Made by a program: the position numbers and the translations under genes. The notes beneath the pieces are model-generated. The model was not told the DNA's origin and made no database searches. It saw only the letters and a program-made list of their open reading frames with translations. From positions 1,116,001-1,180,000 of the forward strand of contig OZ037765.1 in assembly GCA_964035545.1 (NCBI GenBank): a stretch of DNA of 64,000 nucleotides, in the 5' to 3' direction. How positions within the stretch are numbered: the stretch's first letter is position 1; each line of letters begins with the position of its first letter. Of the stretch, positions 41,703-64,000 are shown piece by piece. The stretch comes from Bugula neritina (Eukaryota; Animalia; Bryozoa).

Positions 41703-43006
41703 GTATCTACATTCACAACTTTGCAAAAATAAATGACCAAAGATGAATTGCAAGATTACTTTATTATTACAATATTGTTATTATCACCACCATAGTATTC
41801 ATCTTTTCACATTCATTAATTTTTAGAAACTGTTCTATATTTTCAATAAATTGTAGAGCATTAGGTTATAAACATTGTAAAAAATACATAATTACATACA
41901 AGAACTGTATTGCATGGTGAAAGACAGTGATCATAATTGCAATGACTTAACTTCAAAGTTAATACGAAACTACAGACCATAAAGTGACGTAATATTTGCA
42001 TTATACATTTCTCAGTGAAATATGACACCTATAATATTAATATAGACTATAACGGTTTGTGATAAAAGTAGTCAACTAAACTGGCCGCCAAGTGAGAATA
42101 TTTTCTTGACAGTAAAAGTTTCTGTTTTGAACAGGAGTGGAAAACCGTTTTTGCTAAATCATTTTTATAACATCTAATTCCAAAATTTGTCAGCCAATCA
42201 GAAAGACAAGATTTTAAAAATATCAGTTTATTCAGATGTTTGCTGTTACAACCTGATTTTGCATATAATTTAAATTTTTTAGAGCTTTTTATGTTTTTTA
42301 ATTTAACTGCATATTTCAAAGTGATCAAAAATTCTGTTACTTCCAGTTATTCAATGCTTAGTAACCTTTCGTGGCTAAAGTAAGTTATGTAACCGCATAA
42401 TGATTGTGAAAAGTTGTCTGCTTTTAAAGTGCTACTACCTTAGAGAGCTTGTGAGCCAGTATGTCTCACAACTTTTTAGATTTCATCAAATATTCAAACA
42501 CAGTTCGTTTACCACTAACTACCCATTATGCGCAAATAACTGAAGCTATGTCAAGTCACATATTTTGATTTATTCACCCTTTAAATATAAAAGTTACTTA
42601 CATAATTACGCATAGAAATATGCAGATATAGAAATAAAACCAGTAGCCTATACATAATATCAACTCTATAAGTAAATCAACTTTATCAAGTGAAATAATA
42701 ACTACACGGTAGTCAGCACTGCTGTAAATGTTAAACTTGCAATAAACTGTGAATAATACCAAGTACGTATGAGCAATGAACTGGAAAAAATTATTTCCAG
42801 TTCATTGCGTATGAGCATCTGAAATATAAAAAGTTATTATGCTACAGGGTAAAATGCAATAATATAATACTTTAAATTACCATGTATTGATGAATTGTAA
42901 TGGAGATTATAACCATATTAACATTGTGTACAGTTAGTGATAACATTTATCTCTCATGCGCTAGTATCTCACTGGGCTGATTATTAGTAAACTGTAACTG
43001 ATAAGT

Positions 43007-51881
<8,875 letters not shown>

Positions 51882-52029
51882 TTTGAGTTGAGTAGCTCTA
51901 GAAACATGTTGGATTGATATCCTACACTAAGTGTAAGCAGCTTTTAGATATAATATGACGTATGAAATACACTTTTATGCTACACTATACATTAGAAAAA
52001 GAAAAGAATATATCTGACACTGGATAAGG

Positions 52030-52115
52030 TGTAGTGTTGTGGTGTAAAGGGTGGCATGCCTGCTTGCAAGCCGGAGGTCTTGGTTCAAATCCCAGTTGGG
52101 GCAAAATTATTTTAT
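52030..52115 (+). mobile_element. tRNA-derived SINE head (tRNA-Ala(TGC)-like)
   Basis: A box tggtgtaaagg, loop cttgcaa, B box ggttcaaatcc, tail gcaaaatta shared with the 54080 copy. Confidence 0.7.
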
Positions 52116-52374
52116 ATGAGACTCACATTTAAAGACTTAAGCAACTTAGACAAAACATTATAAATAATGCAACTTGTACAGTTACTCCAAGGTGGAAGTA
52201 ACCTCTGTATGTATTAAACTCACACACCCAGTCTAACTTATTTTATAGCTAAAAGCAAATTTATTCTTCACTGACCTGTTGATTGAGGGAAGCAGCAGAC
52301 AGGAGGAAATGGCAGCTGGAAAGTTGATACACAATAAATGTGAGGCTCAGCCAGTCAAAATATCAGCACTGAAA

Positions 52375-52460
52375 TCTGATTGGATGAGTTATAGTCGAAT
52401 TAGCCAATCATTTGAAAGGGAGTCAGCACCCCCATTGGTTGATTAACTCCCATTGGTTTT
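52375..52460 (-). promoter_or_regulatory. CCAAT-box cluster upstream of the TRIM gene
   Basis: Four CCAAT/ATTGG within ~85 bp; candidate 5' UTR exon donor (cag/gtcag) near 52275. Confidence 0.45.
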
Positions 52461-52849
52461 AGAAACTCAGGACATAGACACGGATCCTATAACTAAATAT
52501 ATTTCTGCAAGACGTAAGGAGGTATTGTCTACTTTTACCTTTCATAACCTACACTGACTGAGAACTGAGGCTAAGTATAATTTGCGAAGATAAACTACTC
52601 ATGTGACAACAATGTTGGCAAATACCGCACGCACAGATACTGCAGCAATATATCGTGTTAAAACTCTCTTAGAGATAACATATGAAGCTGTTTAAGTCCA
52701 ATTATCTCACCCAATCTCAAGTATGTACTTGGTACGAACTACTTGACTTGAACACGGCCACAGTACACATATATGTTGATGATTCTACCTGCTTCTACTG
52801 TAGACATGTTCATTCAAGTCACACTGATGTAATAATCAACTGTGAGTCA

Positions 52850-53058
52850 TAGGTAGTAGTAGGTGGTAGTAGGTAGTGGTAGTAGTACTAGTAGTAGGTA
52901 GTAGTATAGGTAGTAGTAGGTAGTAGTACTAGTAGTAGTAGGTAGTGGTAGTAGGTAGTAGTAGGTAGTAGCAGGTAGTAGTAGGTAGTAGTACTAGTAG
53001 TAGCAGGTAGTAGTAGGTAGTAGTACTAGTAGTAGTAGGTAGCAGTAGGTAGTGGTAA
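52850..53058. repeat. (AGT/AGG)-rich simple repeat
   Basis: Direct reading. Confidence 0.9.
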
Positions 53059-53882
53059 GTGCATGCTTCTGTCCAACAGCTTAACTCGTCTTCTGCAGAA
53101 GCTGGGAAACTTTAATAGTCTCATTTCTTTCATCAATTTTCTAGTCAGGTTGACAAGCCCGTGGGAACAGACCCTCTTTCTAGATATCATAGTGTGTCTC
53201 AACTTGGAATTGAGCTTTTAAAAGCAGCCGCCTGTCAGTCGCTTTCAGATTCTAAGTTAATTGTTAGATGTGATATACAGCATGGTGTCATATTGTATAT
53301 AGACAAATTTTATATTCTTGGTTTGGATATACATCAACAGAAGTTTGAATGTTAAACACAAGTGTTATAGCAATATGTGTGTTATAGTATGAGGTATGAT
53401 ATGTTAAGAAATGCATATATTAAACAAGCTGATGTTGTAGTGAGGAGAGTTTAGACTGAAATCACAGCCACTATCACATCGAAGCCGTCAATGACGAAAG
53501 TCAATAACTGGGTATTTCTATAATAAAGTTTTGTTGACTACTGCTATCAAAGTAACTTAGATGGGAAGAATTTTGTGTCACATTGGTTATAGTGGATTGA
53601 TGGTCATGTTCAAGTATAGATGCAGCAATAAACTGCAGTGGGTTCAAGTATGGTTTTAGTTGCGCTTTTGCTGTATTGCTAACATTAGTTTTAAGATCTC
53701 TTAATTCATTATCAGTGAAGTGATCTTGTATAACATTTGTGTTAAACTGCATTAGATAGTGATGTTTACAAACCAGTGTTGACTCACAGATAATATTTTT
53801 CCACCATGCAGAGCTGCCATGCCTGCTAACCTAGATCATAGTTGCAATTTTTGTATATAGGCTGCGTAGTTGTAGTGATGGG

Positions 53883-53942
53883 TTTACCCAGTGGCCTCCG
53901 TGGTGTAATGGTTAGCACACTTGCTTGCAAGCCAGAGGACTC
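53883..53942 (+). mobile_element. Truncated tRNA-derived SINE head
   Basis: gtttacccagt..ccgtggtgtaatggttagcacacttgcttgcaagccagagg, near-identical to the 54080 copy but lacking the B box. Confidence 0.7.
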
Positions 53943-54079
53943 TGTTTTTCCAAGCTATTTCGGCCTTTAGTGAAATTTAGTAGTAGTAGTAGCACTCCGA
54001 GGGAGTTGAGTGGCTGAAGACTGAAGGAGTAGTAGATAGGCCAGTGGAGTTCAGAGAACTGGGTAAGATGTAGTGTTGA

Positions 54080-54178
54080 GTTTACCCAGTGTCCCCGTGG
54101 TGTAAAGGTTAGCACACTTGTTTGCAAGCCAGAGGTCTTGGATTCGATTCTCAGTGGAGGCAAAATTACTTTTCAGTA
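54080..54178 (+). mobile_element. tRNA-derived SINE head
   Basis: A box, tgc anticodon-like loop, B box gattcgattc; acceptor stem poorly paired. Confidence 0.7.
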
Positions 54179-54196
54179 GTGTGCCCAAGCAACTCA

Positions 54197-54209
54197 ACAC
54201 ACACACACA

Positions 54210-54301
<92 letters not shown>

Positions 54302-54304
54302 CAC
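54197..54304. repeat. (CA)n/(GCAC)n microsatellite
   Basis: Direct reading. Confidence 0.95.
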
Positions 54305-54772
54305 ATACAAAAAAAATTATAATAAACATATTACATCATCACACAAACTGCATTGCGGTGAAGGCAGCAAAGGCCAACACCTGATTTTTCAAAGGTGATA
54401 TGAAACTGCAGCCTACAAAGTAATCACGTTATATTTATGTTAGACATTTCACAGTGATAACATGTAACAACCATGCTATTAATATAATTCATAAAATACT
54501 GATAACAACTGTCAAAGCCTTGACAAGACAATATCAGCAGTGAACACCTGAGCAGAGTACAAGCAGTGCGAAACTGCAGCGCTGACCCCGTGACACCATT
54601 TAGCATTCTTTGTATATATAACAGAGTGATACAGAAATATTTGTGTTGAATTGCATTTGCAATGAGGATTTATGAAAAAAATATTCATTTATCCAGGTAT
54701 ACATGTCTAACACGTTGCTAGCAGCTCTCTGAAAGTGGTGGTGGCTAAAGGCAGCCATGTTTGTCATATTTA

Positions 54773-55116
54773 GCCTAGGGCCACACGTTGCGTATTTTCG
54801 CATGCGAAAATTGTAATCACAAGTAGCAAAGGTGTCCACTGTGCGCGTTGAGAAAACATTCGCACTTGTCGCTCTGCATTTTCAACGCAAGTGCGAATCG
54901 TCTCTGTCCTCGTCACCTAATTGGCTGGTAGTTATTAAGCGAGCCCAATTTCTTTATTTTAGTGCTACATTCCGGTAAATTGCGTTTTATTGAAAGCGAG
55001 TGCGATTTAAAAATGAAAGCTTTATTTATCACGCATCACTGACGCTACAGTGGACACCTTTGCTACTTGTGATTTCAATTTTCGCATGCGAAAATACGCA
55101 CCGTGTGGCCCTAGGC
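54773..55116. mobile_element. MITE with ~70-bp TIRs and TTA target-site duplication (PIF/Harbinger-type)
   Basis: tta|gcctagggccacacgttgcgtattttcgcatgcgaaaattg...tgtccactgt ... acagtggaca...caattttcgcatgcgaaaatacgcaccgtgtggccctaggc|tta. Confidence 0.9.
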
Positions 55117-58100
55117 TTATTGCGTGCATTCATTATAACAAGAAAAGATAACTCCTTCAATGTATTGACACTGATTCATTGTATTATAATATCTTATGAA
55201 ATAAAGACTTGCAATATGTTATTGATAGGAAGCATCTATCTAAATACTTCAATTTGTGCTGCTATTTTTGTCCTTGGTCTTATAAAACTTTATTTGTTCT
55301 TAAAAAACAACAGTGAGCACTCACTAGTTCCATTTTAAATTCATTTTAAATTTTAAGCATATATCTTTCAAAGTAAAACAAGTGTTTCGATCATTTAAAA
55401 AGATATATATTATTTGAGATTCGACACTTATTGCAACTTTTTTTGTTGATTTTATGAGTAATTTAAACTTCTAAACTAGCTCAAGATAGGGTATTGTTTT
55501 GTTGTTATATAGAAAATAAAATAGTAATTATTAACAATATGTGAGTACTACATTAATTGCCATTGATGTTATAATTTGGTACAAAAGGAATCTTTATAGA
55601 AATGTTTATTTTATGCATTTCATTCAGCTTCCTATAAAAGCAATTTCGTTATATGCTATGCGTTGTATATATTTAACTTGGTCTTTTGCTTTGTTTTATT
55701 CACCTAATTTTGTTTATTATACACATATAAGATGTCGATTTTCAATCAATAATACAAGTTATAATAATATATTGTTTTGGTATCTACTAATATTTATCGT
55801 AGTCAGTTAGGAGTTGTGATTACTTGCAATTTTACAATTTTCAGTCTGCTGATGTGTCATGCACTTCAGGGCTTTTACTGTGCATCTTCTGAAGTTGCAT
55901 ATTTGCAGCACAATTCACGAACTGTGAACCAAAGATTTAAAGTTAATAGATCACATTGCTGTAAACAAGTATAACTATATTTAGCTTATATATTTTAATT
56001 TATAATTATAGCTACAGCTTTTATTGGTCGATAAAGTGTCGCGAGTTACTAGATTGCGCAATATGACAAGAGAAAACAACTTTGAATGATTCTGTTGAGA
56101 TTTTCATTGACGTAAAACTTTTCGAGTAGCCGTTTGCAGTCTTTTTATAAACAGGAAACTGAATGGAAATTACTCATAACTCAAGTCATATCTCATCATT
56201 CCTCATAGTCATAGTCATTGCACACATTCGCAATCTAAATCTTTGTCTTGCATTCATGACTCGCATTTAATTTTATTTTTACATGGATTCGTATTTCAGT
56301 TTGGCTATCACTTATCACGTAGTCATAGATTTTTTAACGGTAACTGCATAACAGCAAATCATTAATCAATGATCGTAACTCGTAAGAACAGTAAAACAGT
56401 TGATCATGATATTAATGTTATGTTACTAATAGTAATAGTAATACTAATAGTAATACTAATACTAATAGTAATAGTAATACTAATGGTAATACTAATAGTA
56501 ATACTAATAGTAATACTATTATTATCAGTGTAAGTGTTACTATTAGTATTACTGTAATACTAATAGTAATACTAAGATTAAGAGTAAGTCTAACACTAAT
56601 ACTATTACTATTAGTCCATTACTATTACTATTAGTAATACTAATAGTAATGGACTAATGTCTAATACTAATAGTAATAGTAATACTAATAGTAATACTAA
56701 TACTAAATAACTAATAGTATTAGTCTAATACTAATAGTCTAGCACTAGTAGTAGTAGCAATACTAATTTTATAACTAATACTAAGTCTAATAGTCTAGCA
56801 CTAGTACTAGTAGTAGTAATACTAATAGTAGTAACTGTAATTTAGTTTTACTTTTACTAATACTAATAGTAATAGTAATACTAATACTATAGTATTACTA
56901 TTACTATTAGTAATACTAATACTTATAGTTATGGCTATTACTAAAGTATTACTTGTAGTTATTAACACTGACATAAACAGTAAGTGTAACACTAACTTAA
57001 ACTTACAGCAACACCTAAACTAAAGGTAAAATAAAAACTAAAAAGGATGAATCATAATTATAATGATGAATGATCATGGTGACAATAGGAATCCATAATT
57101 AATATTATAATCAATAATCATACGCATAATACAAAATATTATAATAATGTTAATAGTTATAGGCTTGCAGTATTACTAATGGTATTAGTGTTATTATTAC
57201 TAATACTAATAGTATCACTAATACTAATAGTAATAGTTATACTTATAGTAATAAGCAATACTACTGCTTAATTAAAAGAATTTAACTCAAGGGGTTTGAC
57301 ATACTGATAAAGTAAGTTTGAGAGACTGTGAGAATTAGAATGGGTAACACTAGCTTGAGCAATGTTTTATACTGACAGTTATGCAGTTGATTTAAACTCA
57401 AATGCATTCATTTCTAGACAAAATTAAAATAAATAATAAATATAATTATAATGCATTTATTATTTATATGCGATTTATTTTTCCAAATTAGTATTGTAAG
57501 CATTAAGAATGAAATAAGTTTAATAAATTTAGCTAGTTGAACTGAAATCAAAGCTCATTATTTATTCGATTCTATGTGATTATGAATAACATTTGGCCGT
57601 TTCATCCTGATACGATATATCAATCTCCATTTTGATGTTATCTTTTATTGTAACTCATAGATTTATATGTTTACTTGCTGTCTCGTGTACATAGTATTAG
57701 ATGTATTAGATGTATTTGTTACTCAACTTTTAGACCTTGTTTGATATAAATTCTAACCTGAACTGAAAGATACAGTGAAAGCTAAGCACAGGCAAACAGA
57801 TCATTAAAGTAAGCCCAACTCTAGGCCAGCTCTGAGCTTTATCTACTAAACTGAGTGTAAGTGATAACCAAGCTAGTATAAGATATAGTGTCTGTTTTCT
57901 ATATAAGAATTATAAAGTTGTGTGTTTTGATTTGTTGAATTCCTGTAAAGAAATTTTTCATGCATATTTAAGATTTATTGGAACTTTTCTGTTTTGTTCT
58001 TGAGAGCTTGTTTTGTTATATTTTCCATAAGATCCTAACACTTACTATCTTTACAATAAAACCTAGAGCTAGCTGAAAGTACAGTCACTATAGTGGGATG

Positions 58101-58156
58101 TTTTTATAACCTGAGAATAATTTATACACGAGTGAATTCCCTTCTTTTAGCAGTTG

Positions 58157-58845
58157 ATGGCAGCAGTTTTAAAAAAGAAGCCCGGACCAAACGGCCGGGC
58201 CGAGGAATGGTCCAAGACAGGCACGTGTTTGAACAGACCGAATGAAGGATGGATCCACACGGCACAGGAGCTGGAGACCCCAATGGGGATCTGCTACCAA
58301 GTGCGGGTACGTCAGTAGGGTGCGATGTAATACACTAATATATTAGTATAGTATACAGTATATTAGTATAGTACACAGTATATTGTACTATGTGTTCTGT
58401 ATTTTCCAGTATATCGGATGCATGGAAGTTGTGGTTTCTATGAAGACGTTAGACTTCGAGTCTCGAACAGCTGTTGCTAGGTAGGTCACATGACATTGTA
58501 GTCGCATGACATTGTAGTCACATGACTTTGTAGTCACATGACTGGCTAGCAGTGAGTACAGGTGGAGTTTTTGTAGCAATTCATTCATATCACTCTTTCA
58601 GCTATCAGCTGCGTGTCTATTCTTTGTAGAGTTTTGATATGTGCAAACATTATCTGTCAACTTTATCTATTCTCACCTTTGTTCTTGTATGTTACTTCTA
58701 CTTCCTTGACTACTACCAGCACTACTAGTACTACTACTAGTACTAGTACTACTACTACTACTACTACTACTACTAGTACTACTACTACTACTACTACTAC
58801 TGCTACTACTACTACTACTACTGTTGCTACTACTACTACTACTAG

Positions 58846-58876
<31 letters not shown>

Positions 58877-61800
58877 GGTACTACTACTACTACTACTACT
58901 AGTACTACTACTAGTACTACTACTACTACTCTGATATATTTTAGAGAGTCGATATGTAGAGTTGCAGAATCTGCGGGATTGAAATCTGCTATAAAACGGA
59001 AAAAGGTATTTTGTATCCCTTTACTGTAATATAGTCTGCATTTAATATAATGTTGGGTTTGTACTTTCTATTACAATATTCTTTTCAAAAGCTGTTCATA
59101 TTGAAATTGAAATCCCCTCCCCACTGTTGGTATTCTAATAAAACGTGAAAGTTGTTGCACCTTATTTGGTATAGAAAGTTACTCGTGTGACACATTGACT
59201 TTAAGGGTGATGTACTGGTAACCCCTCAACTTTAGTCTCTCAGCCTAACCTCAGTCTAGTTGTCTGGTACGCAGGCTATCCTTAGTCTAGTTGTCTGGTA
59301 CGCAGGCTATCCTTAGTGTAGTTGTCTGGTACGCAGGCTATCCTTAGTCTAGTTGTCTGGTACGCAGGCTATCCTTAGTCTAGTTGTCTGGTACGCAGGC
59401 TACCCTTAGTCTAGTTGTCTGGTAGCAGGCTATATGTCTCATCTTTGTTTGTTGACATTTCTCTACTCCGGACACATGCTACGAATTCCAAACTAGCCAC
59501 TAATAATTGTGACTCCAGGCACCCTGTTGTTCCACTCCACTGGACACTCTCTATATATTATATACTGGGCATCACATAACTGTTATGACGTCATGAAGTC
59601 TCTCCTTCATTCTGTCAACATACTATACATATATCTCCACATGTTACGCAATATCACCTGCATGATGTCAGTCAGTGTTAGTTTTAATAGTTTGTCACCA
59701 AATCTTTGTTTGCCTCTCTAAGTCCCTCACTCTACCTTAGGCTCAGCACCAAAGGACTTATCTGGTTGGTTTAGGCTATTTAGCATGCATTTTAATGAGT
59801 CAAGTTTAACCCATTTTAATAAAACATGACACGCATACTGAACATAACTTTGTATAGACTTTAACTCCACTTCTATCTTCCCGGTGAGTGTGTAACCTAC
59901 ATTTCTACCTCCAGGACAAGAGAATACACAAGTGTCTAGGAGAGATCCCGAACATGCGCAATGCGGGGCGGGAGGTCACCCTAGCCATCACCACCGACAA
60001 CGTGAGTATGACAATCATGAACTCAGGCCAGACTCTGATGAACCACAGCATGGAGGAGATATCTTTCGCTTCTGGCGGCGACGCTGTAAGTCTCTACCGC
60101 GTACTTACCTTTTACTTACCCTATACTTACACTTAACACTTATATTATACTAATACTTACACTTGTAGTAGTGTATATATAATACTTATACTGCACGTAT
60201 GTACATACTCAGTACTTACCCTTTTATTGCAATATACATACAATATACGTACTAGTACTTACACTGTAGTACTTACACTGTAGTACTTACACTGTAGTAC
60301 TTACACTGTAGTACTTACACTGGTTGTAGTACTTATGCCTTGTTATATATATTATACATTCTAATGTGTATATATTCTAATGTATATATATTGTGTATAT
60401 GATATGTAATGTCATGTATTGTATATACTATATATTATAGTAGTATATGTTATGTCATGTATTGTATAGTATATAGTATAATATGTATGTAATCTTTCAT
60501 GTGGTTTATTGCACATCATTTCACCATTTCCTACTCATTGCCAGACACATGGAAGAAGTAGTGAAGCAGTTCCTTGTTGTGTATATACTAGTAATTCTAT
60601 ACAGTACAGAGATTCTACTAGTACCTTCACCTATACACACCTTGATATATACACCTTGATATACACACCTTGATATACACACCTTGATATACACACCTTG
60701 ATATACACACCTTGATATACACACCTTGATATATACACCTTGATATATACACCTTGATATACACACCTTGATATATACACCTTGATATACACCTTGATAT
60801 ATACACCTTGATATACACCTTGATATATACACCTTGATATATATACCTTGATATACACACCTTGATATACACACCTTGATATATACACCTTGATATACAC
60901 ACCTTGATATATACACCTTGATATACACACCTTGATATACACACCTTGATATACACACCTTGATATACACACCTTGATACACACCTTGATATATACACCT
61001 TGATATATACACCTTGATATACACACCTTGATATATACACCTTGATATATACACCTTGATATATACACCTTGATATACACACCTTGATATACACACCTTG
61101 ATATACACACCTTGATATATACACCTTGATATATACACCTTGATATACACACCTTGATATATACACCTTGATATACACCTTGATATATACACCTTGATAT
61201 ACACCTTGATATATACACCTTGATATATATACCTTGATATACACACCTTGATATACACACCTTGATATATACACCTTGATATACACACCTTGATATATAC
61301 ACCTTGATATACACACCTTGATATACACACCTTGATATACACACCTTGATATACACACCTTGATACACACCTTGATATATACACCTTGATATATACACCT
61401 TGATATACACACCTTGATATATACACCTTGATATACACCTTGATATATACACCTTGATATACACACCTTGATATATACACCTTGATATACACACCTTGAT
61501 ATACACACCTTGATATATACACCTTGATATATACACCTTGATATACACACCTTGATATATACACACCTTGATATACACACCTTGATATATACACCTTGAT
61601 ATACACACCTTGATACACACCTTGATATATACACCTTGATATATACACCTTGATATACACACCTTGATATATACACCTTGATATATACACCTTGATATAT
61701 ACACCTTGATATATATACCTTGATATACACACCTTGATATACACACCTTGATATACACACCTTGATATATACACCTTGATATACACACCTTGATACACAC

Positions 61801-64000
61801 CTTGATATATACACCTTGATATATACACCTTGATATACACACCTTGATATATACACCTTGATATATACACCTTGATATATACACCTTGATATACACACCT
61901 TGATATATACACCTTGATACACACCTTGATATATACACCTTGATATATACACCTTGATATACACACCTTGATATATACACCTTGATATATACACCTTGAT
62001 ATATACACCTTGATATACACACCTTGATATACACACCTTGATATATACACCTTGATATATACACCTTGATATATACACCTTGATATACACACCTTGATAT
62101 ACACACCTTGATATACACACCTTGATATACACACCTTGATATACACACCTTGATATATACACCTTGATATATACACCTTGATATACACACCTTGATATAC
62201 ACACCTTGATATACACACCTTGATATATACACCTTGATATACACACCTTGATATATACACCTTGATATATACACCTTGATATATACACCTTGATATATAC
62301 ACCTTGATATACACACCTTGATATACACACCTTGATATATACACCTTGATATATACACCTTGATATATACACCTTGATATATACTAGTAACTAACCACAG
62401 GCAAGCTATATCTTAGCTCCACCCTGCCTTATCTCAACGTCTTCCTATATTATACATACAATAATTATTCATAGCACCTCCTAATTACCTCAGTATACTA
62501 TACCTCATGCTTGTCTATACTTTATACTAAATTAATTAACATTTCTAAAGGTTCCATTCAGTAAAACTATTTATCTAAACAGATGTGCTACGCCCTTGAT
62601 GACTGTGTGAAAATATAACATCATCACATGTGTGCAGCTGAAATACTAGTTTATGTTTCGTCTTATTGATAGACAAACAGACAGACTTCCTTTCTCCTGA
62701 TTCCCAAACAACAAGTTGAGAGAATTGCTGAAGCAATGTTCAGTCAATGTTTCTTCTCTCGAGTTATGAAGAAATTTTTGTAATTTTGCTGGAAATGACT
62801 CAACAAAATTATTTGGCAAACTTTTGTAATCACAATATTTTGTAATTCTATTTCAAGTCAACTTATATAAAGGCGTAGAACTGATATTTCTCTACCCATA
62901 TAGAGTTGTGTTATATGAACTTGTCTTGAATTATTGTATACCTGCTATCAACTTGTGCTATTAATATCTGTTAGCCAATCAAATACCTGCTAGAGTTTCG
63001 TACAGGAAGTAACGTGTGTACATTACAGGAAACAGCTGACTTTGTGGCGTACGTAGCGAAAGATGCAACCAATAAAAGAGCTTGTCATGTGATCGAGTGT
63101 GACGGAGGTATTGCCTCTGATGTCATCATAACTATCGGTAAGGGAATATAACTTCCTCCCACATTAGAGAACACCTCAGCTCTGTTTCAGTGTTTCCTCA
63201 CACAAGAGCTACTCTATAATTCGTCTGCTTTTGGTATTTTCAGCGCAAGCCTTCGAGCTTCGATACAAACAGATGTTGAAGAGAAAGCAGCACCCAGTGG
63301 TTGTACCTGACAGGTGTGTAGATGCTACAGTTTGTCTGTTAGTCTGTCTGTTAGTCCCTCTTAGTATTCTCACAAGTTAGAGGATACAGTGTAGCCTCAG
63401 TTCTCTGTTGCAGGCAGGTGAATGTAGAGGAGGAGTCAGCATGGGGCGATGAAGAACCGACGTATTACAACGAAGGAGTGGATATAGAAACCATCCGACA
63501 AGAGAGGGACTCTCAGATACCCCCGCCTATTCCGCCCCTGCCAGACCACTACTCCTCCCGTCCCTCCAACCTGCCGGTGGCGGTGCCGGCGCCACCCGGC
63601 TCGCCCGCCCCTGTCACCGCGGCGACCAACAAGTCCAGCCCACTGTACGAGAACACCGAAACTGTGCCCACTGAGAACGCCTACTCTTTAGCTGAAGAGA
63701 TAAAATCAGATGACAACTCTCCCAGACACGAGCCCTGGTTCCACGGGAAACTAACCCGGCACGATGTGAGTGCAGCTGTTTTCTCTCTGTAGACATCAGT
63801 GTTTGTAACTGCAAGACACGTGCTCCATTATTTCTATTTTTTACCTCTTTTGAAACTAGTTTAGAAAGTTACTGAATTTACCCAACATAAAGATATATCT
63901 CTCCTGTGATACAGACAAGGTTTGCTCTGTCTGTACACTGAGTTTCTGTTTTCATGTGAAGGCGGAGAAGTTGCTGACTGCTGACGGAGAGTTCCTGGTT
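58157..64000 (+). CDS. SHC1: SHC adaptor protein (PTB-CH1-SH2), 3' truncated by the window end
   Basis: Exons approx. 58157-58306, 58409-58479, 58945-59005, 59915-60085, 63030-63137, 63244-63313, 63414-63765, 63962-end. [59 protein letters not shown] and LYEN Grb2 sites, EPWFHGKL (SH2 start). Confidence 0.93.
58705..58930. repeat. (ACT)n microsatellite ending just before the SHC exon 3 acceptor
   Basis: Direct reading. Confidence 0.95.
59250..59433 (+). repeat. 31-bp intronic minisatellite
   Basis: Unit tagtctagttgtctggtacgcaggctatcct, about 6 copies. Confidence 0.95.
60632..62383 (+). repeat. 14-bp satellite (~1.75 kb) in a SHC intron
   Basis: Unit atatacaccttgat / atacacaccttgat with occasional 12- and 16-bp variants. 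Confidence 0.97.

Noticed and set aside
52030-54178. Functional tRNA-Ala genes
   Set aside because: Stems are poorly paired, one copy is truncated, and copies share non-tRNA flanks; better explained as SINE/pseudo-tRNA
60521-62372. Three ~580-610 aa ORFs ([13 protein letters not shown] repeats)
   Set aside because: Stop-free translation of a 14-bp satellite in all three minus frames, inside a SHC intron

Overview
AT-rich, intron-rich, gene-dense animal (invertebrate-type) genomic DNA. Seven spliced genes could be rebuilt by hand with phase-compatible GT-AG junctions: CtIP/RBBP8 (-), a PEST-family tyrosine phosphatase (PTPN12-like, +), G-alpha 12/13 (-), RPL17 (-), MEK1/2 (+), a RING-Bbox-coiled-coil-propeller TRIM-like gene (-) and SHC (+, runs off the window). 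Mobile DNA comprises a young 2.67-kb LTR element encoding only Gag+protease, a TTA-TSD (PIF/Harbinger-type) MITE and three tRNA-like SINE heads. Many introns carry minisatellites that abut splice sites. The most notable observations are: (1) the Pol-less Gag-protease LTR element with 128-bp, 127/128-identical LTRs; (2) two paralogous, frame-incompatible (mutually exclusive) exons in MEK; (3) a duplicated, still open and spliceable alternative 3' end for the TRIM propeller; (4) degenerate 6-bp-periodic A[C/G]T-nnn tracts concentrated around gene 5' ends; (5) in-frame candidate microexons; (6) a DDITQ repeat in CtIP; (7) several exact local palindromes. All coordinates were read by eye and may be off by a few bases.
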